A stretch of 64,000 bases of DNA from Marsupella aquatica (GCA_973895155.1 OZ316898.1:17102752-17166751), one strand, 5' to 3'; shown: positions 36,640-51,120, counted from the first letter of the stretch. A program made the numbers and translations. The notes: generated by a model not told the origin, from the letters alone.

Positions 36640-37330
36640 TTGCACGAAGCGGGCAAGTTTTCCATGGTCGGTCAATGCACCAACAAAACTTTTTGTCCCG
36701 TAGCAAAAAGAACGCCTCGCCCGTGGTCCTCACCAAAGATACTCGTACTCGAGGCCCGGGCTGTCGCCGGTTGGGGGGTACCCCCCCTTGACTCCCGTAT
36801 GGCTGCCCCGACCCTACCCAACCCTACCCGACCCGACCCGATGCTGCCCGCCCTCGTTCCCCTCTTCTGTAGCCCCGTCTACTCTAGACCCTCCCGCTAC
36901 GAGACAAAAAAAGTCCTTTGGCGGTCAGGTACTACAAAACGGACGACAGACAGACACAAAGACCCGAACCCAACAGCCCAGACCGACATACCACGAAACC
37001 GAGCCTTATCAGTGTTTACCGTAGACGTAATCGAAACTGCATTCTGCCCTGCCTGCCCTTGCCCGTACCGTACAGTACCAAAATTTCGGGTGCGGTCCGT
37101 CAGACTTCACGTACGCTTTGGTTTGCGGAAGTAATCATTTAATTAAGCAGCAATCGGAGATCTTCCCTCGCAATCACTTCATCGTATCCGTAGACTGCGA
37201 AGATCGACGTTGTGGTGAAGTCCAGGAGATCATTAAGTTTATCATGATTACGGTGTCCCCCTGTGGGAAGTGATTAGCGATAATGATGAGTCTGGTGAGC
37301 GAACCTCAAAAGAGGTGATTCGGGGCGACG
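36640..37330. promoter_or_regulatory. GC/CpG-rich non-coding island 3 (candidate distal cis-regulatory element)
   Basis: CCGTACCGTACAGTACC at about 37063-37079, repeated CCGAC motifs and TTAATTAA at about 37139. Confidence 0.45.
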
Positions 37331-37449
37331 TCAAAGTTTTTCGTGCAAGTGGAATATCTGGGTACTGAAGATTTTATGGGAGCATCATTTTTCCAGATAT
37401 CTATTGTAATTCTTTCTCCACAAATCTGACAATTTTGCTAGACTGGAAA

Positions 37450-39750
37450 CACCCAAACCTATGCCTAAGAGCATCTCCACGTGCTCCAGAGAAAATTTGG
37501 CAATTGCCCTCCCCATCTATGACCAGTGTGAGTAAATATTTGGAGGTCTACTTCCAAAGCCATCCCTAAATTTGGAAGTCCCCAAACCAACCCGCAGGCC
37601 GGCCTTAGTTCTCATCAACGGCAAAACCGGCACATCTAGCTCCATTTGTATTACACAATTGAAGGTCCAAATACAAGATTTGAGAAACTGAGGTCATTTT
37701 GGGCGATTTTTGGTGGGGTTGTAGAGAGTTTGTAGGAACATTGTCATCTCAACTCCAGGAAATGCATTTCTATGTTTAATGTGTGAGGGGCACTGTCAAC
37801 CAAACTGGTGGAGATGCTTCTAAGCCTAGATATAACACAACATTTGACAAAGAACTTGGATGGAGCCTCTTAATGTTGGCCACCTTTTGTCCCATTCTTG
37901 GATGCAGCACTAAATAACCAAACACCTCCCTAGATACAAGGCCTACTTGCCAAATGTGACAAATAAAAATTTCAAAACTTAGCCAACATGATGTGAAGCA
38001 ACATCTCGTGGTCAATATACATGTGTCATTAGACACTTGGTAGACAATACCTCCAGCTCCAGCCAGGAGAGAAGTAGCCAGCTTACTGCCTTCCCAAAAA
38101 TGTAAATAGAAGGCTACTTGGATGTTTGCATTCCAAACCAAATGGAACATAGGCGTTAAGACTTTACTTGGCCAAGACCCACTCATTTGGCAATGAAATA
38201 GAAATGAGTAGATGTTAAGGATTTTTGATAGCAATACTCCACAGTTGGGATTGCAGCCATCCCCCATCAACTGAATAAGGCATATTCACGAGTGGAAACT
38301 GCTTTCCTGGCAGTTAGTGCACTCCAAACATCCCTGCTATCAGGGAGACAATTGAGCTGGTGGGGGCATCAAGGTTATTGAAGGGAATTAGGGTTCCACC
38401 TGTCCTGCCTTTCACTGTCACCAAAAATGGCCAGCCAGGTTTGAATCACAAGAAAAGCTGAAGCAATGAGTCCAGTTGCCAGGGCAGTTGCAGAGATGTT
38501 GGATTGCAAATTTTGTCAATTGGTATTGGTGGATCTTGTCCCTGCTAGCATTTGGAGCGGAGGACCACCGCTGGCCTCAAGAGGAAACGCACCTCACCAT
38601 GATGTTGGAGCGCGCAGACTGGGGCATGGTAGGGGGTAAAATTGAGCACGCCGGGCTGGTCTTGCTTGATTTGTTCCTGGATGAACCCAATAGCAGACTG
38701 GTGGGAATGCTCTTCCAGTATTGAAATCCAATTACTCAACAATGTTGGCAATTTCTCAAACTTGGTTCATGTGTTGCAAAGCACGCATGCAGGAGAAAAT
38801 TCTACCATGCATATGGGAATGGAAAAAATCAGTTGAATTTGGATATGGAGGGCAAATATTCTTGGTGTGGCCGCCCACACACCTTCATTCACAGTTAATA
38901 TAGATGAGGGCCAATGTAATCCTCAAAATACCTATTCCTGATCACTTTGCCCTATCAGTTAAAGTCACACCATTCTGGGTATTTAAAGCAAACACATCAT
39001 GGTGGTTCATCTGGCCTAGTAACCCAAACATTTCACGGAAGGGAGGCAGTCCAAAGCTGGGAGAATAATCTCATAGATTTGGAATAGATTACAAATATGC
39101 TCTTGATCATTTTGGGCTAAATAATGTAGACAAAAAATTAGGACAGGAAATTTACTTAGTTGGAGTGCCCAAACACTGATGGACTTGTGTTTCTGTTGGG
39201 GCATACCAAGCCCAATTCCATTCTGCTGAACATGATAATTTGGTTTTGACAAAACAGGGGCAGACCAGTAAGGTCAAAGAGCAATGACTTGGTCTTTTAT
39301 ATTTGACATGTGCAGTTGTGACCCACAGGTTAATCTTTAGTTGGATCTAATCAATTACAAATTGTGGGGGCAGTAGTCTTGGCCCTCCTCCAATAGTCAA
39401 TCCCCTTGGCTCTACACTGTTCACAGCAATTAATGTCACTAACACTAACTCTTGTGAAGCAAGGTTTAGGCTGAGTCATGAATTCATTCTACCAAAAAAA
39501 ATTACATGCATTTTTAGAAATTGTTTCGCCCAATGGAAAGAAGGTGCCCCAGCTTCTGCAGAGAAAAAACCTTGGCCCTAGGATGCATGCAGTAGTGTAG
39601 AGAAGCCCTATTCCCCTCTTCTTCTTCATCATACTAATAGCCATGAAGGTGTATTTAGTTGACAAGGATATACAGGTCCCCCTCTGGTAGCGACTCTCCC
39701 AATCTTTCACACTTGTGGTCCACCCCTTGGCTTTGGTATTGGTGTTGGTC
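37450..39750 (-). mobile_element. Ancient, heavily degenerate RLE-type (CRE-like) non-LTR retrotransposon
   Basis: Relic motifs in the expected order on the minus strand: IPKPRGG..IG (about 39735), SKNACN (about 39510; cf. D.KNAFN), QGD*L (about 39400), IGILRITL (about 38925), QL.LP..GMFGV (about 38340; cf. QLSLPISHGGFGL at about 54045), LLAGAGG (about 38060; cf. GKGAGGWL), LYLGL (about 37825; cf. LRMGL). Many stops and frameshifts. Confidence 0.6.
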
Positions 39751-40319
39751 TGTTGAGCAATGATGCAGCTGGCAACAACATGCAAATGTGACAATCCAGC
39801 GCACAAGTAGTTGAAACACATAGATATATGCTTCACCTCCAATTAGGTCACATCCACGAGAACACGCCAGAGTTTTACTACACTTGATCTAGGTCTGTTG
39901 GCCATACCAAGTCTCCACAACACAAGCTCTCATTGTCTCCCAAGTGGCTCAAAAACAATAGGTTTGAGTTCCTCATCACAAGCAAACACCTGCTTGCCTA
40001 TATACTAACAGTATAGCTAAGCTAACCAAGTTTGTGACTACGGTTAGCCTAATTAGGGCTACAGCCATAAATCTAGACCTATGAATAAATGCCTAGCATG
40101 GTCCCTTTGCATTTCTTCCCCTCGCATTGTATTATATCACCTCTTTCCTTAAAAGTGTGATTCTCAAGGTATCATAAGGAGGGGGGTTTTATTTTTAAAA
40201 AATTAGTTTCTAAAACATAGCTCCTAGATGTCCCTGTTTGCTTAGGCAACGCAAATCTCACCAAAAAAAGTGCATATGTTTTGCTCAATAAAGTTGACTT
40301 ACTTTCCTTGCCAATGAGA

Positions 40320-40980
40320 TTCTAAAAAGCAAAAAGCAATGGAGAGAAAAACAGTAAAACACGCATACTGTCAGCATGTTATGAGAATGTGACAATATAT
40401 ATCTGTCAGAGTGCCAAAGGATAGAAACGCCAAACCTAGAGATTGGGCTCCCAAAGGCAATGCAACCCAATAAAGTAAGGGAAGGGGACAAGGCCCCAAT
40501 ATCACTAAAAAGGCCCAACAGCCAAAGATTCTCCAAAAACAAAAAGGGAAGAACAAACAAAGAACCTACCAAGTAGCCCAGAAGACTAACACCCTACCGG
40601 GCTGAAAATTGAAAAGCCTGGTAGAGCTTGTAAACCACACATGAGGGTTTGTCTAGGGCCCTAAACCAATTGCCTCGGTTTATGAAGGACAGTGAGCCAT
40701 CAAAGTGCAACAAACATTCTCTGCCTAAAGAAGGAGGTGAGGACAAAGACTTAGGGATAAGTCCACATCCAATACAACAAACTGCAGAAGTCCAAAGAAA
40801 CTGATCAAAGGTAGGGTGGGAGCACCAAAACTCTCCATAGCAAAAGGGTAAAAAAGATCCTAATCCCAGAGGCGGAGACTCAATAAAGCAGAGAAAACCA
40901 GGAACAGGCCAAGGAAACCAAAGAGCCAAGAAGCCCAAGAGTCCAGTGGCAAAAGAATTGAAGCCCAGCCCCTACAGAGT
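40320..40980 (-). mobile_element. Probable non-LTR retrotransposon 3'UTR-like remnant
   Basis: Same strand-asymmetric T/G-rich composition as 36320-36600 and 55260-55400. Confidence 0.3.
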
Positions 40981-42250
40981 AGCAAAATGAAAATGCTGGT
41001 TGCGCTTGGAGTTAACCTACACAGGAGTTATTGGAGCGGAATTTATCTAGAAGCCCTAAAATGAAATAGCCTTGACCCTATAAGGAATAGTGAATATCTA
41101 AGCACTGCTATGTAGTGCACATCCTCTGTCTAAAGAATAGCAATAACTTATTTTAAAAATATTTTTAGAATATACTTGTCAGGAGGGAGTGGCATGGGAG
41201 TTGACGCAATGAAGCACTATCTGTGGCAACTAAGAATAAGAATAAAAGATTGACCATTACAGCACACACAAAAAAGTAAAACTACACAGATTAATGTTTG
41301 GATGGACCACTCTCACTCCCATGAATCTGCAACTCTGATGGATGGGATCACTTTAGACAACAAAACAGGCAATTTTTTGAATTGAAAAATACTTCTAAGT
41401 AAGGATTATTATTTAGTGGTTTCATAGATTTAAATAAAATAATGCTTGAATGGACCACTCCATGCAACCCCGATAGACAAGACAACTTCTGGCCAAAGAA
41501 ATGTGTGACTTTTCCAAACAGAAAACAATTTCTATTTGAGCATAATGAGGGTTTTTTGTGATCCACCCCGGTTATGTGGGGCCATTGAAGAATTTTGTCA
41601 AACGTGTAGGTCCATGGGAGCTTCACACTCGACTGAACTTTTCTTTTTGACAAGTTTATTTCAAATTGGCCACGTTTTACTCATTCATTGCTTCAAAATC
41701 TTAGGCATTAGGCAGATACCTCACTAATGATGTAGTTTAAAAAGTAAAATTACTAAAAGAAGTTTGTGTCATGATAATGCTCGTTGCAAAGTTTTCAGAG
41801 CCCCGCTCCAAAATGTACGTACCAACCAATAAGATAATTATATAGGTACCCACAAGAGCGCTGTTGACTCCTATGTGCAAAGTCAATTTGACTTTTCAGA
41901 TATGGCTGGAAAAGTTTTAAAATAAATATATTTATATCATTATACTTATACATCATGACACTGTACATGAATATTCAAGAGACAGCATTCTGATAACCTC
42001 TTGTGTTTTATAAAGGGTTTTAATTTAGGTGATGATGAGGTCAACCATCCCACCCAAATGCATGGCGATTGGTCGGTACGCTCAGGAGTTGAGATATATG
42101 CTAACAGATGGATTGTGCGCCAATTGGTTTTTGAATAATAACAATTTAATAGTCAAATAGAGTTGAAATTGGAAGCTGAATTGCTGTTGAGAAATGAATG
42201 ATCTCAGCGAATATTGGTACGAGGGTGGTAAGAGTCTTGTAAGTACAAAC

Positions 42251-42562
42251 AGACATTTAGTGAAGCTAACCTGAAACCGTTTAGTTGAATTGAATGGAAG
42301 CACATCCAAAATCAACCATCAATGGAGCAGAAGCTTGAGTGACTATATTCAAGACATTTAGTGGAACTCACCTGAACTGTGTTCGATGAATTCAATGGAC
42401 GCACATCCGAAATTAGGAACCATCCATGGAGCAGAAGCTCGAGTGACTATATTCAAGATATTAGTGAAACTCACCACAAACTGTATAATTGAGTTCAATT
42501 GAAGCACATCCAAAATTAGGAACCATCAATGGAGCAGAAGCTTGGGTGGCCATATTCAAGAC
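42251..42562. repeat. Tandem repeat of about 103 bp, 3 copies
   Basis: gcacatcc-n-aaat-n-aaccatc-n-atggagcagaagct-n-atattcaaga, with units starting at about 42251, 42352 and 42456. Confidence 0.92.
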
Positions 42563-44118
42563 TACAGACAATCTAGAGGTTATGGGGGGCACCATCAATG
42601 GTCTAGAAAGTATTCTGGACTAATGCTCCTGCTAAATCATGATTGTTGTTTATTGGTTCCCTCAGCTCTATATCCTCGATTGCCAATTGTGCCAAGAAGG
42701 CCAAGACATGAGGTTATATGTCTTCACATTTCTTGATGCTACCTACAATACATGGATCCAGATACAAGCAGAGAGTTTTGTTGACATTTACCTGCAAACT
42801 TAGTGCAGGGGTAGCTGTCTTTGTTATGGGGAAATGAGGTTTTGAGTTCAAGTTTCATCAGTTGACCAGTTCTTGCACCAACTCTTATCCCAAATTGGGC
42901 TTGTTGCATACAACAGACTGGACATTCAAAAAATTGGAGATCCCTCTCTCTAATAAACTAATTGGAAACATAGGCAGACAACATGTAAGAGTGGGACCCC
43001 AGGGGTTCTAATAATTGAGTTCCTAGGAACCCTCTACCTGAAAGTATTCAAGGCCAAGGATCTCAACAATCATAAATGAATCTGGAGCCTTCCTCCCCAG
43101 CCTCCACACTTGTGCATCCTGGCTGCATACACTTTCCCCTTCCCTATTTTTTTGAAGTGTAAATAGCTTTTTTGTGTACTCCGCTTGGGGTTCACTAGTG
43201 TCAAGGATGTATGCCCCTCTTCTTTGATCCAAGACCCCGTCCCAGACCTTCACCTTCTAGCCCATAAATTTTTCCACTAGGCTATGCCTGCCAGAATGGA
43301 TGAACTCCTTTACCCATACTATATAATCCAATATCGGAGCCAAATAAGATATGGGCAACTCACACTGCCTCCGGCTATTATCATCTATTAGCTTTGATAC
43401 TAGTTTCTACCCACCTTATAGACAGAAGGCCCCAAGTGCAGGTTATTCCCCCTACTATATGTGTCAATGTATTAAGTAGATTGAAAAGATTTTCTAGGGG
43501 TCGGTGAGAACTTCCAGGCTGCCAGACTATATCACATGTGACAGAAAACATGTCATGTGTTAATTCATTTTGGGGAAGACTTTTATATAGAGAGATAATC
43601 AATATTACATAATGTGTATGTCCCACACACATGGCACCCACCTGCATAGAAGACGCCAAGAGATGAAATGCTAACATTGTAAATATACTGTAGTTATTTT
43701 GCTAAAACTGTCAATCATTTTATTCAATTTTATATCATAGAAGCTCGTATACCACCGCAACCCATATGAACTTCTCTTAAAACATTGTTTGAACTCAAAT
43801 AGTATATTCTTTGCAAAAATGATCAAACTTTCTGGCCTCAAAAGCTGCAAGGACTATCCTAGTTCATGGTAACAAATTGTGGTTCATCCAAACTTTGGTT
43901 TCATGTTCTATAAAACTAGTCATTTTCTATAGTCCTAAAACATAACATTTACTTAGTGCCTGGTCATCTCAAGCTCACTTGCTCATACCGGAGACGACAT
44001 GACATGACCGTGTACACGCATCCATAATGATGTATGCCAATCGAATCACACCTCGGAATGAATTAAGTGACTTGACTGCCAATGCCATACATTTCAGTAC
44101 TGCTGGAATTCAATAAGC

Positions 44119-44397
44119 TCTGGTCAAAACCCCAAAGGTATTTGGGCTGATTCTGGCCCAACCAGACACGGGAAATCTAGTGCTTTATCTATTTGGCAAA
44201 GGTGGTGAATACGAATGAGAAGATGCTAAGAATATTTTTATTGATTTCACGTGTCTGGTCAAAACCCCAAAAGTGTTTTGGCTGATTCACAAATTAATCT
44301 AGACAATACATCTAGCAAAATACCAGACACGGGAGATCTTGTGCTTTATCTATTTGGCAATGGTGGTGAATACCAATGAGAAGATGTTTTTATTGAA
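44119..44397. repeat. Imperfect tandem duplication of about 130-145 bp
   Basis: tctggtcaaaacccc...ggctgattc and accagacacggg...gtgctttatctatttggcaa...aatgagaagatg each occur twice. Confidence 0.88.
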
Positions 44398-47300
44398 TTT
44401 TGCTAGATCAATTTGTGATTAGAGATTTCCTCAGGAGGAGTATCTTGTGATTCTAACTAATGGGGTTGCGACTAGGTGTGAAATTAGATTGAGAGGTACT
44501 TTTTAAGGCATGCTATCTAGAGGAAAGCACAATAATTTGTGCCCCTGGTGTGTAACTGAAGTTTGAAGTGCAAATGGAAGATGTGAATTGTGGGAAGGGT
44601 GAGTCTCTAAAAATGGCATAGGGAGCTGCAATATCCTACCTCTATTTAGGGTCAATGGATAAGCACTCAGGATAGTCCACTAGAGTACTGCTGGAGTTCA
44701 TGAGCTGTGTGGTCAAACCCGCAAAGGGGACAGCCAAAACTAGAGCACAATAGGAATGATCAGATTCACCCAATAAATAATTATTCCAAAAGTGAGTTGA
44801 TGTGACAAGATCTCTAGTGTTTGTCAAAATTGGTAATAACATGACTATGCAGATTTAGTAATATTATAATGAAATCTATATACAAGGAAATGATGCTCCC
44901 ATGGACCACAAATTTACTTCTTTGAAACCCCACAGAGCATATTTTCCAAAATTTGAGTTTAATTGTAATAATTTGATATTCATAAATTTCATATTTTTTT
45001 AGTTTTGAGTATGTGATAGAGAAATGGGTAGGCTGCAATTCCACTTAAAGGGATAGTGAATTTTGGGTCATTTTGCTTGAGTTATTCATTGTGGAATGGA
45101 GGATAGATTTTATTACATTAATTTTCATTGTATTAATATGAAACATGATGGCTTGTGTTTTTTTATGTCTCCTCCTTCTCTAAGTATCTTGCAAATACAA
45201 AATTATTTTAAAATTCATAATCACCAAGCTATAAATTCAAAACTCTCATGGACCATCAAAATGTACTACACTAAAATATTATGTCAAACATGGTGATCCA
45301 TCCAAGTTTCAATTTCTTATATATAAATTTGATTTATCAGATTTTAACTAGGATTTCTAATTTAAAAATAAAATCTAGAGAAATGAATTATGCCATTGTC
45401 CTTTAATTGAAAATAAAAGTATTAACTCCTCTCGCAGCATATAAGCATATAGGTGTCCCTACAGTAGTACCAACCAGACCACCAGCTCCAAAAGTAGTCC
45501 CAGAGGAGTCAGATGGCTACAAGTGCAGGCAAATAAAATAAATGAGGGGGGAAGACGGAGAGGCGTACAGAATATTGTTAGAAAGTGAGTAAAAGCATGT
45601 GGGGCGAAACACCTAACCATTGAACAAGAGGGCCCCCCCAAAACCAGAAGCACATCCCGTCATCCCCCAACTAGAATCCTTGACTCATGCCATTTAAGGT
45701 GTCTAGATTATGGATGGGGGTCATTCATTAATTAAGGAGGGAATTGGAGGAATGAATGCACATTCCAATAGCAATAAAGAGCTGGAATGGTGAACTTGCA
45801 TGGCACAGCACGGTGTTCAATTTTATTCTGGGATACAAACATGATATGACGGTAGATTCAGATTGCGATAGAATGTTTTTGTGCTCAGCTCTTGTCGAAT
45901 GACTTACGCATTATTATTATCATTATACGGAACATCAGCATAGTTCAGGGACGGAGTTATTGTTCTGGTGAAGTACGCTCTCAATATTCGCCGCTTTGGG
46001 TGTAATCGTAGGTGACATGTATTTTCTGGGGCGTATTTATACTTTAGTGACAAGCAATCTGACCAGTTTGTTTTGCTCTAAAATGCACATTAACCAAGTG
46101 CTAAGCTCGGATGGGATCCAATCTAATTTCTCGTAGTATTCCAGAATGCTTTTGGTAACAAAGTAAAAATTTGAAATTTGAAATACATAAGATATTAGTT
46201 ACTTAATATAATATATATTTTTCATGAATTGTATGCAAGCTTGAAAATCCTATCAAAGCAAAAAGTTGGGAATGGAGGTCTTATTCATCTAGAGCTTCAA
46301 ATATACCAACATTAATTGTTGGATTGACCCAAAAAGAACAAAGTGAACACCAAAATAGGCAACCCATGTCACCAAGATAAAGAGCAATTGACTGCTCGGA
46401 CATCGTAGATAGAATGTGCCATACTTTGGTGAACTATCTGTGCTACAATTCTTCAATGGTCACCTAAAAGGTGTCATGTGCCACTAACTGCTGAAAGCCT
46501 ACTTTGTACATTCTCACCTAACGAGTCCAACTTGCTTTTGGACAGCTTTAAAACAGTTTTGAGCTACATTTTCTGGACCTGACTGAAGGGCATCCAACAC
46601 ATGCCAAACCTACCAGGGCGTGTCATAGCACCGCCCTAAGTGAGTCCTAGCCAAGCTCCACATAGATCGGTTTTATGGCCAGAACAAAACTCTTATGATA
46701 TTACCCTGCCCCCAAGGTTCAAGCATCCTAAAACTAATTGTTAGTAGGATAGGCATCTATCCATTTCTTTAGAGATGACCAGTGGAGCAAAGACTCCCTC
46801 TTAGTGTGCAATTGTGTCATGCTTTGTCACTAGCCCCAAGTAAAAATTATAACGTATAATGACTCTTTACAAGAGCAGTCAAAACCCAAGTATCTGCCAC
46901 GGGGTGAATATAAGCATAAAGTTTGGCCCTTGAATCCAAAAGAGAAGAATACAATTTGTTTTACATAAAGGGCCAAACAGAGTACAAAAGAACAAACAAA
47001 AGAGGTCCAAAACGGACAAAAACCAATCTCAAAAGAAGTCACTTAAAAAGCCTATTTGTATTCAAGGTGGGCTCCAGAAACAAATTTGTCAGGGATGGGG
47101 ATGTTCTAAAGAACATTCAAGCGCCATCTTGACATGATGAACTTATGGGTCCTACAAATGGCATTAAGATGGGTAAGCGCCATTCTCTTTATGTAAAAGA
47201 AGTCATTTCAGTTTTGAGGAAACCAACAGCTACTATAGGATATTGTTTTTGTTTTCTCCACTTGTTTTCTTTCCTCTATTGGGTCTACCTTTGGGATCTT

Positions 47301-47960
47301 GTTTTAGTAGTGTGATATATTGTAACATCACAAATACATGATGTTGGTATGGAGCAAAGTTTAATTCAGCTGGAGAGGAATTTCAAGTCTGAGAGATACC
47401 ATTGAGGGTAGTCTATTTTATGAGTGTTAAAGGAGCTATCTAGATATAAATTGTAGTTTGCTATAAAAGTCTACCATTCATTGCTATTCATTACAGGGAC
47501 GGAGTAGCTTGAATCCCAGGGACCCCAAGTTACTTGTTGCAAATGAATGCAAACACATGTTTTGGTAAGGTATAAATGAAACACAGGAAAAATAGATTGA
47601 GACAACTTCTTGGGTGGGAAAAGTTTTAATGGCAACCCACAAAAGGCCGAAATGCTTATCAAGTGATTGGAGGGATAGATGTTTGCCACTTATGGTTCTT
47701 GATCACATGACTCTACAATTAACATAGCTAGATGGTTCTTTTGGACTTTAAATTCTGCAAGATAGGATAGGCTGATCTATATCTGAAGTATGCTACTGAT
47801 ATCCATGGGAGAAGAGTTTATGCTGGGTGTTTTTGATAGGCAGCAATTTTTTTGGTAATGGTTAGAGTTGGCAGGGTTGCTAGGTTTGCCTGTTTTGCCT
47901 GTGGCCACCAAGCCCTCACAGCTCTGTTTCTCTTTGTGGCCCTGTTGGTCGGGCTATCTT

Positions 47961-48487
47961 ATATAGCATGCTCATCCTGGAACATGTTTTATTTTTTGTC
48001 TTGTAGTGATCTGAAAGTAAATAAAATATGAGAGCATAGAAGTGCTGTTATATAAGTAAAGTGTCTGCCAAGAAAAGCACAGTGACCAAGAAAAGGTACA
48101 GTCAAACAATGCTACGATGTGTGCACTTAACTCAGAGTGCCTTATGAATGACACTCCTTTCAATAAAACCATAAACCTAGGAAAGAAAAATATGAGGAAA
48201 ACTTAAGAGGCTATGCATTCATGTTATTCAGCATCATTTCTCTCACTCGTGGTGGTGGAGCCTGTTGGTTTCATCTCTAAGAAAACATATCCTGTGAAAG
48301 GGGGCTCCCAAAATAAGTTCAAAACACTCTAGAATACCTAAAACTAAAGGGGTCTAAAAATTAATTTAAAATGTATAGAATACAAAGGCTGCCCATTGAT
48401 AAGACAGATTGAAATGAAAATACATGACACAAAATTCTGAATAAGACAAAATCTGAAATGTGCATTCACCATATAGCAGCTTCAAAA
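47961..48487 (-). repeat. Dispersed repeat, copy 2 (inverted relative to 28885-29568)
   Basis: High identity by eye over about 520 bp (e.g. gtgcacttaactcag...tatgaatgacactcctttcaataaaa). Lacks the internal duplications of copy 1. Confidence 0.9.
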
Positions 48488-48759
48488 TTTATCTCTTACA
48501 TGCCTCTCTGGTTCTCCCCATAGTGGGGTTCACGCGGAGTGAATTAAAAAAATCCTGGAAGAAAATAAAACTAACTTTTCAAACATTAAACCTAGGTGGC
48601 CTAGTTACCATTAGGGTACTACATAAATAAAAGCGATAATAATCCCACTTTAACCCTTTTATAGCAAAAAGACAGAAGAATGATAAAGCAAACGGTTGAT
48701 ACAATTTATTTATTGCAAGACTACGTGACCAAAAGATAAAAAAATGGAACATTTTTCAA

Positions 48760-50330
48760 GATGAGAGAGATATACTTAATAGGCCCCCCACCTGAAAAAC
48801 TTTACCTGATCAGCCCTTGACACTTTCGTTTCCTGATCAACTCCCTCTTAATGAACTGTACTGGTGTTCTTCTAAAGTGAGATTTTGGGTTAGAAGGACC
48901 AAACTAGGCAAATAGTGACTATTGCCTTTTAACCATGAACCCTGCTGAATTTCACAGTGACTGTGCCTGATCAAATCCCCTGGTTTGCATGGTGGTAAAT
49001 GTCATTGTAAATTGGGCCAAGCCGCTTATTTTGGCGCATTCCTAACTACGAAACTAGGATAATCAAGCATTCATGTGAATGTATCCTTTGTTGTAAAACT
49101 GTATTCCACATTTTTTTCCATTAGGTCTTTTTGAGACTTGAATTTGAGGAGAGTGGCGGTTGGAGGAGAGTGGACAAAAGAATGTGGTGGGGAAAAGCAA
49201 CACCAGGGAGAAGGGTTTGGGAGGAGCTAACAATGGCAAAGTTGAATGATGGCAATCTTGGTTTTCAATTTCAATTGTGTAGGTATTGGGGTTCGCTGTT
49301 TGGACAATTTGCAATTTTGAGTACATTGTTCTTCTTTGTCCATTGCATGTTAGAACAAATTTTCTCATTTTCTTCCCTTTGGAATCAAGACTTGCAATGG
49401 CATTCATTTCTTAGAGTCAGTCCAATTCAAACATAATCAGAAGTGAATGATTCACCCGTTTTGGCTCCTGATTCCTGTTAGTGAAAATGTTGATCATAGG
49501 GTCAATCTGGCCTGCGTTACTTGGAGTTGATGAGTTTGGGCATGAAATATTTTGATGACTCGTTAGATGTTCTTGTTGTGATAAATTTTTTTGTAGCAAT
49601 GAGCGCTTGACTTTTACTTTTTAGTTTAAACCAAAGTGACAACAATTTAGGATAGTAGCACAATCATGTCAGGGAGTAGCAATTGCAATTCTACTTGAAT
49701 TGTAGATATTGAAGTCTTAAATGGCATTGTACCCCAACAATTTTGAAATGGTGTGCAAATGTGGAAGTCTGAGTGCAATTTGGCTCAAACATTTGCAAAT
49801 AACTACTTTTGCTCACAAATATGCTAAGTCTATTCTGTAGACAATGTTCACAATGTCTTCCAAACCACCAGTGTTGATAGTTCATCCCTGTCCTAACTAC
49901 ATGGGTGAGCAAAGAACACTCTCACCAGAAAAAGAGACTAGTGTGATCTCTACACAATTTGGACATTGTCTTCCAAAACCACCAATGTCACCTATTCACC
50001 CCTGCCCAAATGGGATGGCCTCGGGGATGGTTTGGGTAAGTAAAAATTGCTCACGCTGCTGAGTTTGATTTGAAGACAATATGGAGATTGTCTTCCAAAA
50101 TGACCGGCGTTTGTCATCTCCCCCCCTTGTGCTTCAATGGCATGGGTACTGAGAAATCCTTTGCTCTCGCTGCTGAGTGTGGTCTATGACATTGTCGTCC
50201 AAAACCACCAGTGTCACACACACCACACAATGCATGCCTCTTCTTGTCAAAACCCTCAACTCTTAAATGATTTGAGTAGAATATCCATAATGTCTTCACC
50301 CAAAACTGCATAAGTGTGCTCCTGATTGAG
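48760..50330 (-). pseudogene. Decayed, probably TE-derived coding relic with an internal repeat
   Basis: Protein-like broken frames (KMRKFVLTCNGQRR...PNTYTIEI...KRPNGKKCG) and a motif with 100-120 bp period reading TLVVLEDNV-like on the minus strand at 49852-50315. Confidence 0.3.
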
Positions 50331-50829
50331 TGTGACACAACATGGTAAAGTGGAGGGAGCGAAGCGACATGGCAAGTCAAGCACAAAAAACTGTGGAGTT
50401 GCTTGGTTTAGAAGAGCTATGTGTATGACTCATTAAGAGGGGTTTAATTCCGGAAGAAAAGTTTCCAAGGGATGGAGGCCCTCACTCTAAAGGGGTCTTG
50501 TATCAGGCTTGACTTATTTAGTTATTAAACACCTTAAAGAGAAAACATTTTGAACTATTTTTCTACCCCATCTATATGGAATATCATAAAATTATTCCCA
50601 ATTTTAAATTTCAAGACATGATTTCTCATATAATTCTCAAAATAAAATTTAAAAAGCTAATATTTTTCTCAATCCAATAAGTAAACACTACACTGACTTT
50701 TACTTCATGAGTAAAAAAGAAAGATATGAAGACCACCAGAAATAAAATTATTCAAGTAAGGGGTCTATTAAACATACCCCTGGTCAAGATGAACATTGTC
50801 GATATTGCAATTACCACATCTCCTTCGTA

Positions 50830-51120
50830 ATTACAGTGACTTTTCCAAATTGACACAGTACAATCACGTACTTCCACTAAATACGATACGGTACACATAT
50901 GTACAGTACAGCCCCTTGGCTCTGGCGTATGGCCAGGTCATACATGACCGTCTGTCGGTCGTGATGGCTCCCATTGTCTCCAGACCGGACAAAAACTTTA
51001 CAGACAACGGAGGTTTGCTCATTAAATATCCGTGCATTAATTTATTTTTGTATGGCGGGCTGAAAAGTCGAAAACATTAACGGAGCCACGGAGGCACTAT
51101 CAGATATCGGCTCAAAACTA
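50830..51120. promoter_or_regulatory. CpG/GTAC-rich non-coding island 4
   Basis: Five GTAC cores in about 50837-50909, a TGTCGG and a TGTCTC (ARF-like) motif, and ATTAAT motifs. Confidence 0.35.

Noticed and set aside
36321-36665. Hydrophobic membrane-protein-like ORF (also 25187-25678 and 40285-40572)
   Set aside because: F/L/V/G richness is a by-product of T/G-rich low-complexity DNA.
49850-50315. CRISPR array
   Set aside because: Eukaryotic context, degenerate repeats, long and partly homologous spacers, and no cas genes.
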